Source: Candidatus Heimdallarchaeum aukensis (lineage in GTDB: Archaea; Asgardarchaeota; Heimdallarchaeia; Heimdallarchaeales; Heimdallarchaeaceae). Taken from it: a DNA stretch of 64,000 nt. Location of the stretch: contig CP084166.1 in the NCBI GenBank assembly GCA_021513695.1, forward strand, positions 1,568,001 through 1,632,000. Reading direction: 5' to 3'. The notes below the pieces were generated by a model. It had not been told where the DNA came from, ran no database searches, and worked only from the letters and a program-made list of their open reading frames with translations. The first letter of the stretch is position 1. Each line of letters starts with the position of its first letter. Shown here piece after piece: positions 11,139-21,412 of this stretch. A program made the translations under genes and the position numbers.

Positions 11139-12663
11139 CAGAAATTGAGAGTAATTCTTCTTCTGTAAATTTTAGTAGGCCCCCTGTCTTTACTTGTTCA
11201 ATAACCCAATATACATCCTCATCATATCGTCTATCATTAGCAATAGGCGGTATTTTTTTTCTGATGTGATTATAGATTTTCATGTTCACTGGTGAGAGTT
11301 TTCTCTCTCCTCGAAATTCCAAAGCTTGACATGCAGTAAAAATTTCTATCGCAATCATTTGTGAGACTATATCTCTTATTTTGTAAACTTTTTTACTAGA
11401 AGTTAACCCCATACTTACATGGTCTTCTTGATCAGCTGAAACAGGTGTATTATCTATCGATGCAGGAGTGCTTAAAATTTTATTTTCTGCTGATAAAGCA
11501 GCGTCAGCATATTGAAGAATCATCAATCCAGAATTTAATCCTGGTTTCCCTGTTAAAAAGGCTGGAAGACCAGAAAGCGCGGTATTTAATAATTGATTAA
11601 CTCTTCTTTCAGATATTGTTCCTAATTCGGTTAAAGCAATAGAAAGAAAATCCATGACTAAAGAAATTGGTTCTCCATGAAAATTTCCACCAGAGAAAGC
11701 ATGGTTATGGTTTACTGAAATTAAAGGATTGTCAGTAGCAGAATTCATTTCTACTTCTACTACACTCTTTACATATCTAATAGTATCGAGAACTGCCCCA
11801 TGAACTTGAGGAGAACAACGTATAGAATAGGGATCTTGTACTCTCGGAGCTTTAATGTGTTCAATATCACTTCCTTTTATAAGTTTTAACACTGTATCAG
11901 CAAAGTCAGATTGCCCCTTATGTTTTCTATTTTGCATGATGAAAGGAGAAAAAGCATCAGTATTTCCATGAAGTGCTTCTAAAACTAAAGCAACCGCTAT
12001 AGCTGAATGTTTCAAAATATTTAAAGAATCATAAATCGTATGAGCTGCAAAAGAAGTAAGAACATGAGTACCATTAACTAAGGAAAGACCTTCTTTTGAT
12101 ACAGGTGAGATAGGTTCTAGCCCCAACTTTGCTAGAATTTCTTTGCCTGTTAAAATTTGATCATTGTATTTTACTTTTCCTTCTCCTATTAACACACTAG
12201 CAATATAGGATAAAGGAGCGAGATCACCACTTGCGCCTAAAGAACCAATGCTAGGAACCAGAGGAATAACGTTATTATTTACTAAATCCACATAAAGCTC
12301 GACAGTGGATAAACGTATTCCACTGCTACCTTTACAATAAGAATTAATCGCAATAACCATAGCTCCTTTAACTATTTCATCAGGAAGAAACTCACCAAAA
12401 CTTATGCTATGAGAACGAATAATATTTTCTTGTAACTGTGATTGCTCATTAATTGAAATAAGTACATTTGCTAGTTTTCCAAAACCTGTTGAGACACCGT
12501 AGATGGGATCGTTTTCGGCGATTAAATTTTCAATTGCATTACGTGATTCTCTTATTCTTTCTTTACTGTCATCACTTAGTCGGATTTTATATCCTTGTCT
12601 TGTTATTTTGATTAAATCGTTTATATTTAGAGAGTTTCCATTAAGGACAATAAAATTGCTCAT
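11131..12663 (-). CDS. hutH: Histidine ammonia-lyase
   Basis: 510 aa aromatic amino acid lyase. MIO-forming ASG triad in the GSLGASGDLAPLSY context, plus overall HAL/PAL family conservation. Confidence 0.9.
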   Translation of the reverse strand: MSNFIVLNGNSLNINDLIKITRQGYKIRLSDDSKERIRESRNAIENLIAENDPIYGVSTGFGKLANVLISINEQSQLQENIIRSHSISFGEFLPDEIVKGAMVIAINSYCKGSSGIRLSTVELYVDLVNNNVIPLVPSIGSLGASGDLAPLSYIASVLIGEGKVKYNDQILTGKEILAKLGLEPISPVSKEGLSLVNGTHVLTSFAAHTIYDSLNILKHSAIAVALVLEALHGNTDAFSPFIMQNRKHKGQSDFADTVLKLIKGSDIEHIKAPRVQDPYSIRCSPQVHGAVLDTIRYVKSVVEVEMNSATDNPLISVNHNHAFSGGNFHGEPISLVMDFLSIALTELGTISERRVNQLLNTALSGLPAFLTGKPGLNSGLMILQYADAALSAENKILSTPASIDNTPVSADQEDHVSMGLTSSKKVYKIRDIVSQMIAIEIFTACQALEFRGERKLSPVNMKIYNHIRKKIPPIANDRRYDEDVYWVIEQVKTGGLLKFTEEELLSISGE

Positions 12664-13022
12664 GGTAATTACTTTATCAAAATAAATTTAAGAATTTGGA
12701 TAGACGGATGAAATTTAAGCAAAGAAAAATTGTACGATAATCGAAGGTTCTGTAAAAATAAAAAATAGGGTATTACACCCTACTTCTTTCTAACTGGTAG
12801 AGGAACTAATGAAGAAACTCTATGCTTATAATCTTTATATGCGCTGTATTTAGAAAGCAGTCTATTCTCCATAAGATACTTTTTTACGTAAAAAACTAAA
12901 TTTTTAGTTTGTGGAGTTATTAGACTAATAACAACCAGAAACACATTTGCATTAATAAAGAATATACAATATTATGGGTGTCACAACTTTTCCGCTGTCT
13001 TTATATATTCAATTATCATTTA

Positions 13023-13210
13023 TCTAGTGTCTTGAGCTAGATGCTTAAAGACGTAGGTTTCATTCCTACGACACCCGGTCTTCCCTGTGGGAGTGATGAG
13101 TGCCCGGGATCAGGAGATGAACCCCTTAGAGAACTCACTTAAGACTGTGTCTTTCATGTTCTCTTAACCCAGTCTTCACAACTTTCGCTATGTTTGTTGA
13201 CTGGTTGGGT
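13023..13210. ncRNA. Candidate structured non-coding RNA (GC-rich multi-hairpin island, class unknown)
   Basis: The intergenic region 12664..13314 has no ORF. It contains 4-5 consecutive stem-loops: tctag/ctaga (13023-13041), cgtagg/cctacg (13052-13070), cccgg/ccggg with nested ttccc/gggag (13074-13108), and cttagagaac/gttctcttaa with nested aagac/gtctt (13125-13167). GUGAUGA and CUGA C/D-box-like words are present. Local GC is well above the genome background. Confidence 0.3.
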
Positions 13211-13314
13211 AGAGTCCTGAAGAAATTACGTAAAATTTCAACTCATAAGAGGGATGCTAATAAATATAAACAGCAGCGAAATAGAGATTGGCCCAATAAT
13301 CATCCACCAATTGC

Positions 13315-14049
13315 TTAAAGAAGAACCAAGTGCGAAGAAATATAATCCCCACCAGAAGGATATTTCTCCAAAATAGTTAGGATGGCGAGAATACTTCCAA
13401 AGTCCGATATAATTATTTCTCCTTCTCTTCTTCTTTTAGCAAAAACTCTTCGTTGTTCATCAGAGATTGCTTCAATCGCAATTGCAGCTATTGTGATAAC
13501 TATGCCTATGATATCTAGATAATTAAATTGTTCATTTTTAACGTTCACGGAAGGATAAATCGATAAACAACCTAGAAAAACTAGGACAGTGGGAAGCATC
13601 TGTAATCCTGAAAGATTAATCAATTCAAAAATAAACCTCGAGTGTTTTTTTCGATACAAAGTATATCTCCAATCTTCATCAGTTAAACCTTTCCATCCTC
13701 TTAACCAATTAACTGTTAATCTAATTCCCCAAATAGAAACAAGGATAGCAACAATTAACGGTTTTAAATAGATATCATTCGAGTTATTAATAAATAGCCA
13801 ATAAAAAGCGATAAATATAGGAATAACACTCCAGTAAGGGTCGTATACACTTGTATTTGCAAAGAGAACACTGAACAAGTAGACAATTATAGTAGCCAAT
13901 ACATCAGCAATAAAAGTTCTCCAAATAATGGAGATTGACCAATTAACATAATGAAGAAAACTCCAACCAGCAAAAATTGCTATGGCATAGACTAAAAAAA
14001 CACTCAATAATGAGGTCCAGTATTTAGTTTTAATAACCTTCAAACTCAT
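13315..14049 (-). CDS. DUF1295-like (steroid 5-alpha-reductase/ICMT-like) membrane protein
   Basis: Multi-pass membrane protein with the motifs SVYDPYWSVIPIF and EDWRY, which recur in the DUF1295 family. Confidence 0.45.
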   Translation of the reverse strand: MSLKVIKTKYWTSLLSVFLVYAIAIFAGWSFLHYVNWSISIIWRTFIADVLATIIVYLFSVLFANTSVYDPYWSVIPIFIAFYWLFINNSNDIYLKPLIVAILVSIWGIRLTVNWLRGWKGLTDEDWRYTLYRKKHSRFIFELINLSGLQMLPTVLVFLGCLSIYPSVNVKNEQFNYLDIIGIVITIAAIAIEAISDEQRRVFAKRRREGEIIISDFGSILAILTILEKYPSGGDYISSHLVLL

Positions 14050-14218
14050 AAATGGAAGAGATTTAAGGCAGTTTATAAAGATTTATTCAAAAATTTTGTA
14101 AATGGAAGTAAAAAAGAATAATGGTTAAAGTATTGGAAAATTCTATTTATCGGGATTAGAAATCAAAACAAGTTTTTTACAAAAAAAATAAATTAAAGTA
14201 CATAAAAGTTAAACTGAA

Positions 14219-15490
14219 ATGTTCCATGAAGAAAAAGAAGGAATTATTATTGCAAATATAGCTGAGCTTTTTTTAGGCGAAGTAAAAAAATATGAACCAT
14301 CTTATCCCAACGAGAAACCTGACGCTCTCGTTATAAAAAATGGAAAGATAGAAGCTATTGGTGAAACTGGGAGAATACTAGCTGACTACAATAGAACAGA
14401 TTATGAATATATTAATTGCAATAATGAACAGAGTGTTTGCCCAGGTTTTGTAGATTCCCACACACATCTTGTATTTGCTGGAAATAGATCCCATGAGCTA
14501 GAAATGAAAATTCAAGGAATAAGTTATAGTGAGATAGCTGCGAAAGGAGGAGGAATAAATTATACAGTTAGAGAGACTAGAAATGCATTAAAAAAAGAGT
14601 TGAAAGAAGCTGCATTAAAGGTATTAAATAAAATGTTATTACACGGAACAACAACTATTGAAGCAAAATCAGGATATGGATTAAACCACGAAAGTGAACT
14701 AAAAATATTGGAAGTAATTAATGAATTAAATGAAGAACATCCGATTGAGATAGTTCCAACATTTTTAGGCTGCCATATCAAACCTGAGGACTTCATGGGT
14801 AACACATATGAATACATCGAAACAATGATGTATTTGCTCCCTGAGATAAAGAGAAGAAATTTAGCTGAATATGTAGATATATGGACTGATTTAGGAGCAT
14901 TTACAGTAGAAGAATCAGAATTTTTCCTTAAAGAAGCAATAAAGCAGGGATTCAAAATAAGAGTTCATGCTGACGAAATGGACAATGTTGGAGCAGGAAT
15001 CATGGCTGCAAATCTGGGAGCAGTATCAGCAGATCATTTACTAAAATCGGAAGCTATAACTGCAGAAGCAATGGCAGAGAAAGAAGTTGTAGCAAATTTA
15101 TTACCAGGAACACCATTTGTTTTGATGAGTAAAAAATATGCTAATTATAGAATGTTTAGAGATGCAAATTGTACAGTTGCATTGAGCACCGATTTCAATC
15201 CCAATTGTTATATTCTAAACATGCAAACTATCCTAACACTGGGAACATATATGATGAAGATGACACCAAAAGAAGCTCTGAAAGCAGGAACATTTGGTGG
15301 AGCAAAAGCACTTAATAGAGAAAAAAGGATTGGATCTTTAGATCTAGGAATGCAAGCAGATGTCCTAATCTTAGACGTACCCTCAATAGACGATTTAGTT
15401 TATCAATTTGGAACAAATAATGTTTCAACAGTAATAAAGGAAGGAAAAATACTAGTAAAAGATAGAGAGATAGTTACAGAAACAAAATAA
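14219..15490 (+). CDS. hutI: Imidazolonepropionase
   Basis: 423 aa amidohydrolase. GFVDSHTHLVFAG metal-binding motif and overall HutI architecture. Confidence 0.85.
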   Translation: MFHEEKEGIIIANIAELFLGEVKKYEPSYPNEKPDALVIKNGKIEAIGETGRILADYNRTDYEYINCNNEQSVCPGFVDSHTHLVFAGNRSHELEMKIQGISYSEIAAKGGGINYTVRETRNALKKELKEAALKVLNKMLLHGTTTIEAKSGYGLNHESELKILEVINELNEEHPIEIVPTFLGCHIKPEDFMGNTYEYIETMMYLLPEIKRRNLAEYVDIWTDLGAFTVEESEFFLKEAIKQGFKIRVHADEMDNVGAGIMAANLGAVSADHLLKSEAITAEAMAEKEVVANLLPGTPFVLMSKKYANYRMFRDANCTVALSTDFNPNCYILNMQTILTLGTYMMKMTPKEALKAGTFGGAKALNREKRIGSLDLGMQADVLILDVPSIDDLVYQFGTNNVSTVIKEGKILVKDREIVTETK

Positions 15491-15520
15491 GAAAAAAAGT
15501 GCTGTAAACCTTAATTTGAT

Positions 15521-15542
15521 ATGTCGAGAAAAAACTCGACAT
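15521..15542 (+). terminator. Perfect 8-bp stem hairpin 30 nt after the hutI stop (possible terminator/processing signal)
   Basis: atgtcgag aaaaaa ctcgacat. Confidence 0.25.
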
Positions 15543-15833
15543 CAACTTTCAATTGTCGAAGTTTTATTAGACACTAACAAAAGTAGAATACACAAGAGTT
15601 CTTAAACGAATATATTACAGATAGCCATTTTTCTCCCAGAATTTTTACAAAATTAAGTAAAGTTGACTGACCGTTAATTTTATATATCAGTCTAAGTCGA
15701 ATTTTTACGGAAATTGTTTCTCGTGTAATAAAAAACAAAGAAAAAAATACAATTAAAGCAATTATCAAGTAAGAAATTCTAAAAAATAATAAATTATAAC
15801 ACAGAGAAATAAAAAACTAAAGGTGAAAAAAAA

Positions 15834-17498
15834 ATGTATGGGCAAGGCCAAGTACCAGTGATAGTCCTAAAAGAAGGAACAGAAAGGACAAAAGGAAAAG
15901 ATGCACAGAGAAATAACATAATGGCAGCACAAGTAGTAGCTGAAACAATTAAGACCACCCTAGGTCCAAAGGGTATGGATAAAATGCTCGTTGACGGGCT
16001 AGGAGATATTTTGATATCTAATGATGGTAAAACAATTCTTGACGAAATTGACGTCAAGCATCCTGCAGCAAAGATGATGGTTGAAGTAGCAAAAGCTCAA
16101 GACCAAGAAACAGGAGATGGTACCACTTCAAGTGTTACCCTTGCTGGAGAATTGCTAAAAAACGCTACTGATCTTTTAGACAAACAGATTCATCCTTCAA
16201 TAATTGTTGAAGGCTATAAAGCAGCTGCTGAAAAAGCTGAAGAGATCTTACAAGAATTAGCCAAGCAATTTGATCCTTTTGGCGATGAACAAATTCTGTT
16301 CAAGATTGCTAATACTTCATTAAACAGCAAATCTGTATCTGGCGCTAAAGAGCACATTGCTCAACTAGCAATTAACGCTGTAAAGAAGGTTGCAGATGAA
16401 GATAATGGCAATCATATCGTTGATCTTGATAACATTAAGATTTTACAAAAATCAGGTAAGAGTTTAGCCGAGTCTGAACTTATTGAAGGAGTAATTATTG
16501 ATAAAGAAGTTGTTCACCCTGGTATGCCAAAGCAAGTTAAAGAGGCAAAGATTCTTCTACTCAATCAAAACATTGAGATCGAAAAAGGAGAATTTGACAA
16601 AGAAATTAGAATTAGCGACCCTCTACAGATGCAAAGTTTCTTAGAAAATGAAGAAGCTATGTTAAGAGAGATGGTTGAGCAGATAGCTACTACAGGAGCC
16701 AATGTTTTAATCTGTCAGAAAGGAATCGATGACATGGCCCAATATTTCCTTGCAAAGAAGGGTATTATGGCTGTTCGTCGCGTTAAAAAATCTGACATGG
16801 AGAAACTTTCACGTGCTACAGGAGGAAAAGTAATTAGTAATTACAAAGACGCTAAAGCTGAGGATCTTGGCTATGCTGGACTAGTTGAAGAAGTCAAAAT
16901 TGGTGATGATGATCACGTTTTTGTTCGTGAATGTAAGAATCCTAAAAGCGTTTCTATTATTCTCCGTGGAGCTACAAAATACGTTACTGATGAAGCTGAA
17001 CGTGCTCTTCATGATGCTCTATGTGTAGCTCGTAATGCTGTTGAAGACAAAACCTATTTACCTGGTGGAGGAGCTACTTATCTTGAGCTTGCTAAACAGC
17101 TAAATGTTTTCGCTGAAGAGTTCAAAGACAAACGTCAAATGGCAGTTAAGGCTTTTGCTCAAGCTCTTGAGGTTATTCCTACCACTTTAATTGAAAATGC
17201 AGGTTTAGATCCTATTTCAATCATGAACGAATTAAAAGCTGCACATGCTTCTGAAAACGGTGTTTCTATGGGTCTAAATCTTTTTAAGAATGGTCAAGTT
17301 CTTGACATGTTTGCTGAAGGAATAATTGAACCTCTTCGAGTAGTTAGTCAAGCTGTTAAGTCAGCTTCTGAATCAGCTATAATGATTCTAAGAATCGATG
17401 ATGTAATTGTCGCTAAGGCTTCCTCTCCACAAGGTCCACCTGGCGGTGGTGGAATGGGCGGCATGGGCGGCATGGGCGGCATGCCTGGTATGATGTAA
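15834..17498 (+). CDS. ths: Thermosome subunit (group II chaperonin)
   Basis: 554 aa. N-terminal TRP-like motifs (GPKGMDKML), ATP-binding TGDGTTS and the C-terminal GGMGGMGGM repeat are hallmarks of archaeal thermosomes. GC-richer codon usage is consistent with high expression. Followed by an oligo-T tract (17499-17530). Confidence 0.95.
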   Translation: MYGQGQVPVIVLKEGTERTKGKDAQRNNIMAAQVVAETIKTTLGPKGMDKMLVDGLGDILISNDGKTILDEIDVKHPAAKMMVEVAKAQDQETGDGTTSSVTLAGELLKNATDLLDKQIHPSIIVEGYKAAAEKAEEILQELAKQFDPFGDEQILFKIANTSLNSKSVSGAKEHIAQLAINAVKKVADEDNGNHIVDLDNIKILQKSGKSLAESELIEGVIIDKEVVHPGMPKQVKEAKILLLNQNIEIEKGEFDKEIRISDPLQMQSFLENEEAMLREMVEQIATTGANVLICQKGIDDMAQYFLAKKGIMAVRRVKKSDMEKLSRATGGKVISNYKDAKAEDLGYAGLVEEVKIGDDDHVFVRECKNPKSVSIILRGATKYVTDEAERALHDALCVARNAVEDKTYLPGGGATYLELAKQLNVFAEEFKDKRQMAVKAFAQALEVIPTTLIENAGLDPISIMNELKAAHASENGVSMGLNLFKNGQVLDMFAEGIIEPLRVVSQAVKSASESAIMILRIDDVIVAKASSPQGPPGGGGMGGMGGMGGMPGMM

Positions 17499-17577
17499 TT
17501 TTTTTCTTATCAATTTTTTTTATTAACTTTGATTTTTCATTTTCTTACTTTGTTTATTCTTTGGGAAAATACTTTTA

Positions 17578-17904
17578 TTGTTCCTCTCTCACAATGTAGA
17601 TATGACCAAGCAAAATAAATCAAAATTTGATCGCATTACTTGGATTGTCACAGAGTTGATTATTGGCTTTGCTGCCGCAGGTTATGGAGTTTATGGTTTA
17701 TTTAAAGGTTTACCAGAACAAAAGATTGTCCACATAATTATTGCTTCTATTGGTGGGGTTCTATTATTACTTGCTTTTAGTCAGATTCTTATATTAAGAG
17801 GTAAAAAGAAAAGAACTAAAGAAATCAAGCATTGCCCCAAATGTGGAGCTGAAGTCCAAAAAGGAGATGAACACTGCAGAAAATGTGGAGAAAAATTAAA
17901 ATAA
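17578..17904 (+). CDS. Small membrane protein with a C-terminal zinc-ribbon
   Basis: Two TM helices, then CPKCGAEVQKGDEHCRKCGEKL (CxxC...CxxC). Confidence 0.35.
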   Translation: MFLSHNVDMTKQNKSKFDRITWIVTELIIGFAAAGYGVYGLFKGLPEQKIVHIIIASIGGVLLLLAFSQILILRGKKKRTKEIKHCPKCGAEVQKGDEHCRKCGEKLK

Positions 17905-17922
17905 TAATTATTTGCTCTTTTC

Positions 17923-18309
17923 TTATTTCCAAACTTTTAGAAACTCTGGCATTTCTTCGAAGTTTACAATTGGTATTGATACGGGCCATCTAGCATCACT
18001 TACTTCATCAGCGAATTCGAACTCTTCCTTTGGACTTGTTCTATATCTTATAAATGATCCTGCAGGAGGTTCATCATTTTCTATCCAGACCACTATTGGA
18101 AGAGCTCTTAAGTTATAGTATCCTAAGCTAGTGTTGAACATGAAAAAAATATTCCTATTCGCTTCTTTTTCATAAAAATATCCAATATAACCAGTCACTC
18201 TATCTGATAAAGTTGAAGCAATGAGTTTTATTATATCTGATAATCCCTTAAGTTTTATTGACGCAGCTTTTTTTATATTATCTACTATTTCATCCATATT
18301 AACCACCAA
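17923..18309 (-). CDS. Hypothetical protein (alpha+beta, 128 aa)
   Basis: ORF only. Predicted long N-terminal helix then beta-rich core. Not recognisably profilin, roadblock or longin. Confidence 0.25.
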   Translation of the reverse strand: MVVNMDEIVDNIKKAASIKLKGLSDIIKLIASTLSDRVTGYIGYFYEKEANRNIFFMFNTSLGYYNLRALPIVVWIENDEPPAGSFIRYRTSPKEEFEFADEVSDARWPVSIPIVNFEEMPEFLKVWK

Positions 18310-18328
18310 AAATAAAAAAATAAGAAGT

Positions 18329-18634
18329 TTAGAAGATTAATAGAATAGCTACAAGTAGACCATAAATTGCTACTGCTTCAATAAGCACGATGAACAAGAA
18401 GATTTTACCAAAAATCTCTGGTTTTTCAACTAATGCGCCTATACCAGCCGAACCAGCTGAACCCATTCCGAGTGCACTACCGATTCCTGCTAGACCTATT
18501 GCTAGAGCAGCGCCTATAGGTCTCATATCTCCTTCTTCACCTAGAGGAATTTCTGCAGCGAATGTACCTTTTGCGGTTATAATGATAAGCGCAACAATTG
18601 CTAGTAGTCCAATAATCAGATCATTTTTTTTCAT
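18329..18634 (-). CDS. atpK: A/V-type ATPase proteolipid subunit c (K)
   Basis: The ORF track starts at 18730, but the probable start is the internal Met (MKKNDLIIGLLAIV...). GAALAIGLAGIGSALGMGSAGSAGIGA glycine-zipper helix and a second helix with the conserved carboxylate (LIEAVAIYGLLVAILL). Confidence 0.8.
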   Translation of the reverse strand: MKKNDLIIGLLAIVALIIITAKGTFAAEIPLGEEGDMRPIGAALAIGLAGIGSALGMGSAGSAGIGALVEKPEIFGKIFLFIVLIEAVAIYGLLVAILLIF

Positions 18635-18834
18635 AATACGTCCCTTTTTCACGTGTTTAAAATTACAAATCATCGTTTCTTTATTAGTTTTTTGTATTGG
18701 ATACTTTTTAATATTGAATACTTTTTTCAATAAAAAAGTTTTAAGAATAACATATTTTATATTTCATGTATAAGTAAGAAAGCAAACCTATAATAAATGG
18801 GAAAACTTTATGATTATTAAGAAAAGATTCTATC

Positions 18835-19452
18835 GTGAGTAAAATGTTTGGAAACTTTATGAGATGGTTATTAGGAACTCAAAAATCAAGTAGAGACCAT
18901 ATAGTAAACCTTAAACTAACTATTCGCAGACTAGAAAGAGCTCAAAGGAAACTGGAGAGAGATGAATCAAGAATACAACTAAAAATGCGAACAGCTATTC
19001 AGCGTGGTGATTTAGAAGGTGCCCGTCTTTATGCTACAGATATTGTTCGTTCTCGTAAGTGGGTTTTAGGTTACCAGCGTTTAGTTTCTCGTATTAATGG
19101 TCTTATTTTTAAACTAGAACGAGCTGATTCTGCTGCTAACTTGGCAGCTGAAATGCATTCTATTGCAGGAGCTCTTCGACAAGCTAACGCTCAATTAAAT
19201 GTTCCTGATTTAGATCATGTTATTCAAGACATGGAACGTAGTATTGATGGAATTGAGGATTCAACTGAAACAATTGAAGATGGAATTGATGATCTTCTTA
19301 TTGCTGATACCGACCCAGCTGAAGTCGATAGGTTAATTGACCAAACAGCTACAGAGATGGGTGTTAGTGTAGGAGGAGAACTCCCTTCAGTAAGCGCTGT
19401 TGCAACAGACGATCTCGAGGAAGAGATTCAAAAATTAAGGAAAAAAGAGTAA
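18835..19452 (+). CDS. ESCRT-III, Vps2/24/46-like (Snf7 family)
   Basis: 205 aa. Basic N-terminal helical hairpin (RRLERAQRKLERDESRIQLKMRTAIQRGDLEGARLYA) and acidic C-terminal half, the CHMP2/3-like pattern. Immediately upstream of a second Snf7 paralog and Vps4. Confidence 0.8.
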   Translation: MSKMFGNFMRWLLGTQKSSRDHIVNLKLTIRRLERAQRKLERDESRIQLKMRTAIQRGDLEGARLYATDIVRSRKWVLGYQRLVSRINGLIFKLERADSAANLAAEMHSIAGALRQANAQLNVPDLDHVIQDMERSIDGIEDSTETIEDGIDDLLIADTDPAEVDRLIDQTATEMGVSVGGELPSVSAVATDDLEEEIQKLRKKE

Positions 19453-19467
19453 ATATGAGGTGTTTAT

Positions 19468-20127
19468 ATGGGTATGAAAAACTGGTTATTTGGAACCAAA
19501 CGCAAGGATGATGCTGAAGCTTTAGCTACACTCAAAGCTCAGATCAATCGATATGAGCACGAGTCCCGCAATTTAGAACGTCAAGCTGATGAACAAAAAT
19601 CTTTAGCTGCTAAGATGTTAAAGTCGGGTAATAAAGCTGGAGCTAAACAAGCTCTTAAGCGTCGAGCTATTTATATGAAACGTTTAAATCAGGTTCAAAA
19701 TATGCTAATGAACCTTCAGAGTCAGATTGATAGTATTCAAACTGCAACCTCTACTGTTGAAACAGTAAAGGCAATGGAGTTAGGTACGAAAGTTGTCAAG
19801 ACGAAGATGCAAGAAGTTGATGTAGAGAAAACTGAACGTGTAATGGATGAAGTTATGAGTCAACGTGATGAAATTGAAATGATGACAGAAGCTTTATCTG
19901 ATACTGCACTAAGTGAGAGCATTTTAGATTACGAAGATGATGTCGCAATTGATGATCAACTTGCTCAATTAGAAGCCGAGATGAATCTTGGTAAAACAGA
20001 AGAATTACCAGATCTTTCAGATCTTCCTTCAACTCCATCAGAAAAACCGACTGAAAAAGAAGAAGATACTTCTGACCTTGAAGCCGAATTAGCTTCTCTT
20101 AAGAAGAAGTTAAGTGATGACAAATAA
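19468..20127 (+). CDS. ESCRT-III, Vps20/32/60-like (Snf7 family)
   Basis: 219 aa. AKQALKRRAIYMKRLNQ Snf7-like helix, acidic C-terminus with a terminal MIM-like DLEAELASLKKKL. Confidence 0.8.
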   Translation: MGMKNWLFGTKRKDDAEALATLKAQINRYEHESRNLERQADEQKSLAAKMLKSGNKAGAKQALKRRAIYMKRLNQVQNMLMNLQSQIDSIQTATSTVETVKAMELGTKVVKTKMQEVDVEKTERVMDEVMSQRDEIEMMTEALSDTALSESILDYEDDVAIDDQLAQLEAEMNLGKTEELPDLSDLPSTPSEKPTEKEEDTSDLEAELASLKKKLSDDK

Positions 20128-20254
20128 TAATAATCAAATTCTTTTTTCAATTCTTTTTTTCATCATTTTAGAAACGAACAGTTTTTTAACGATAATGATG
20201 TTACTAGTTTAGTAATTCAATTAATAGGATTATTCAGTTAGAGAGGTTAAAGAA

Positions 20255-21400
20255 TTGAGCGCGCAAGGACTGATTGAACACGCACGTAAATTTGCAAAAA
20301 AAGCTTATGAACTTGATAAGGCAAAACAATACAATGAGGCAATACCACTTTATCTCGACGCTGCAGAAGCTCTAATGAAAGCAATAAAATTTGAAAGAAA
20401 TCCACAAGTGGGAAAGACATTAAAGAAAAAAGCAGAGATGTACATTGAACGAGCAAAAGATCTAAAAGAAATTATTGAGAAAAAAGCTGAAAAGGGGGCA
20501 GAAACAGGGTCAGACGAAGAATCTGATAAATTAGAAGGAGCAATTAGCGATATCATAGTTACAGAAAAGCCATCAGTTACTTTGGATGATATTGCAGGAC
20601 TAGAAGAAGCAAAACGGAATCTTCGAGAAGCAATAGTGTTACCTCTTGTAAGACCAGACTTATTTAGTGGTGCAAGAAGACCATGGAAAGGGATTTTACT
20701 TTTTGGCCCCCCAGGATGTGGAAAAACTCTTTTAGCAAAAGCAACAGCTGCAGAAGTAGAAGCTACGTTTTTTAATGTTAGTGCGTCCGCGGTTATATCC
20801 AAATGGTTAGGAGAATCTGAAAAATTAGTTAATACATTATTTAAAATTGCTCGTGAAAGGCAACCAAGTATAATTTTCATAGATGAAGTAGATGCTCTTA
20901 CCGGAGCACGTGGTGGCGAGCATGATGCTATGCGCAGAGTTAAAACTGAATTATTAACTTCTATGGATGGTTTATCTAGCTCTGCTCAAGATCGTCTTGT
21001 AGTTATTGGGGCTACTAACCTTCCTGAGTCTATTGATGGAGCTTTTCGCCGTCGTTTTGAGCGTCGTATTTACATTAAGCTTCCAGATTTTGAAGCGCGT
21101 AAAGCTATCTTTCAACTAAATGTCAAAGGAGTGGACTTAGCTCCCGATGTTGATTTTGAATCTTTAGCAGAGATTACAGAAGGTTATTCTGGAGCAGATA
21201 TTGCTATGGTTTGTCGCGATGCTATTATGACTCCTATTCGTGAACTTGATTTATCAGGAGACATTCATGACCCCAATATTAAAGCCAGACCAGTTACACA
21301 AAAAGATTTTCTTGAGTCTATTCAGTCAGTTAATCCTTCTGTAAGTGCAGAAGAAATCGAGAAATATGAGAAATGGAATGAAGAATTTGGTTCAGCGTAA
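20255..21400 (+). CDS. vps4: Vps4 AAA+ ATPase (MIT domain + AAA module)
   Basis: N-terminal MIT three-helix bundle (AKKAYELDKAKQYNEAIPLYLDAAEALMKA). Walker A GILLFGPPGCGKTLLAKA, Walker B IIFIDEVDAL, second region of homology, and C-terminal Vps4 helix. Confidence 0.95.
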   Translation: MSAQGLIEHARKFAKKAYELDKAKQYNEAIPLYLDAAEALMKAIKFERNPQVGKTLKKKAEMYIERAKDLKEIIEKKAEKGAETGSDEESDKLEGAISDIIVTEKPSVTLDDIAGLEEAKRNLREAIVLPLVRPDLFSGARRPWKGILLFGPPGCGKTLLAKATAAEVEATFFNVSASAVISKWLGESEKLVNTLFKIARERQPSIIFIDEVDALTGARGGEHDAMRRVKTELLTSMDGLSSSAQDRLVVIGATNLPESIDGAFRRRFERRIYIKLPDFEARKAIFQLNVKGVDLAPDVDFESLAEITEGYSGADIAMVCRDAIMTPIRELDLSGDIHDPNIKARPVTQKDFLESIQSVNPSVSAEEIEKYEKWNEEFGSA

Positions 21401-21412
21401 AAGGGTGTTTTT

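Noticed and set aside
17440-17498. GGM/GGMGGM tandem repeat at the 3' end of the thermosome gene.
   Set aside because: It is the normal flexible C-terminal GGM tail of group II chaperonins, not a DNA-level repeat element or a CRISPR array.
20247-20880. - strand ORFs 20247..20456 and 20350..20880 inside vps4.
   Set aside because: Antisense to the clearly motif-bearing Vps4 gene. Ser/Ala-rich translation typical of reverse frame of a GC-richer gene.
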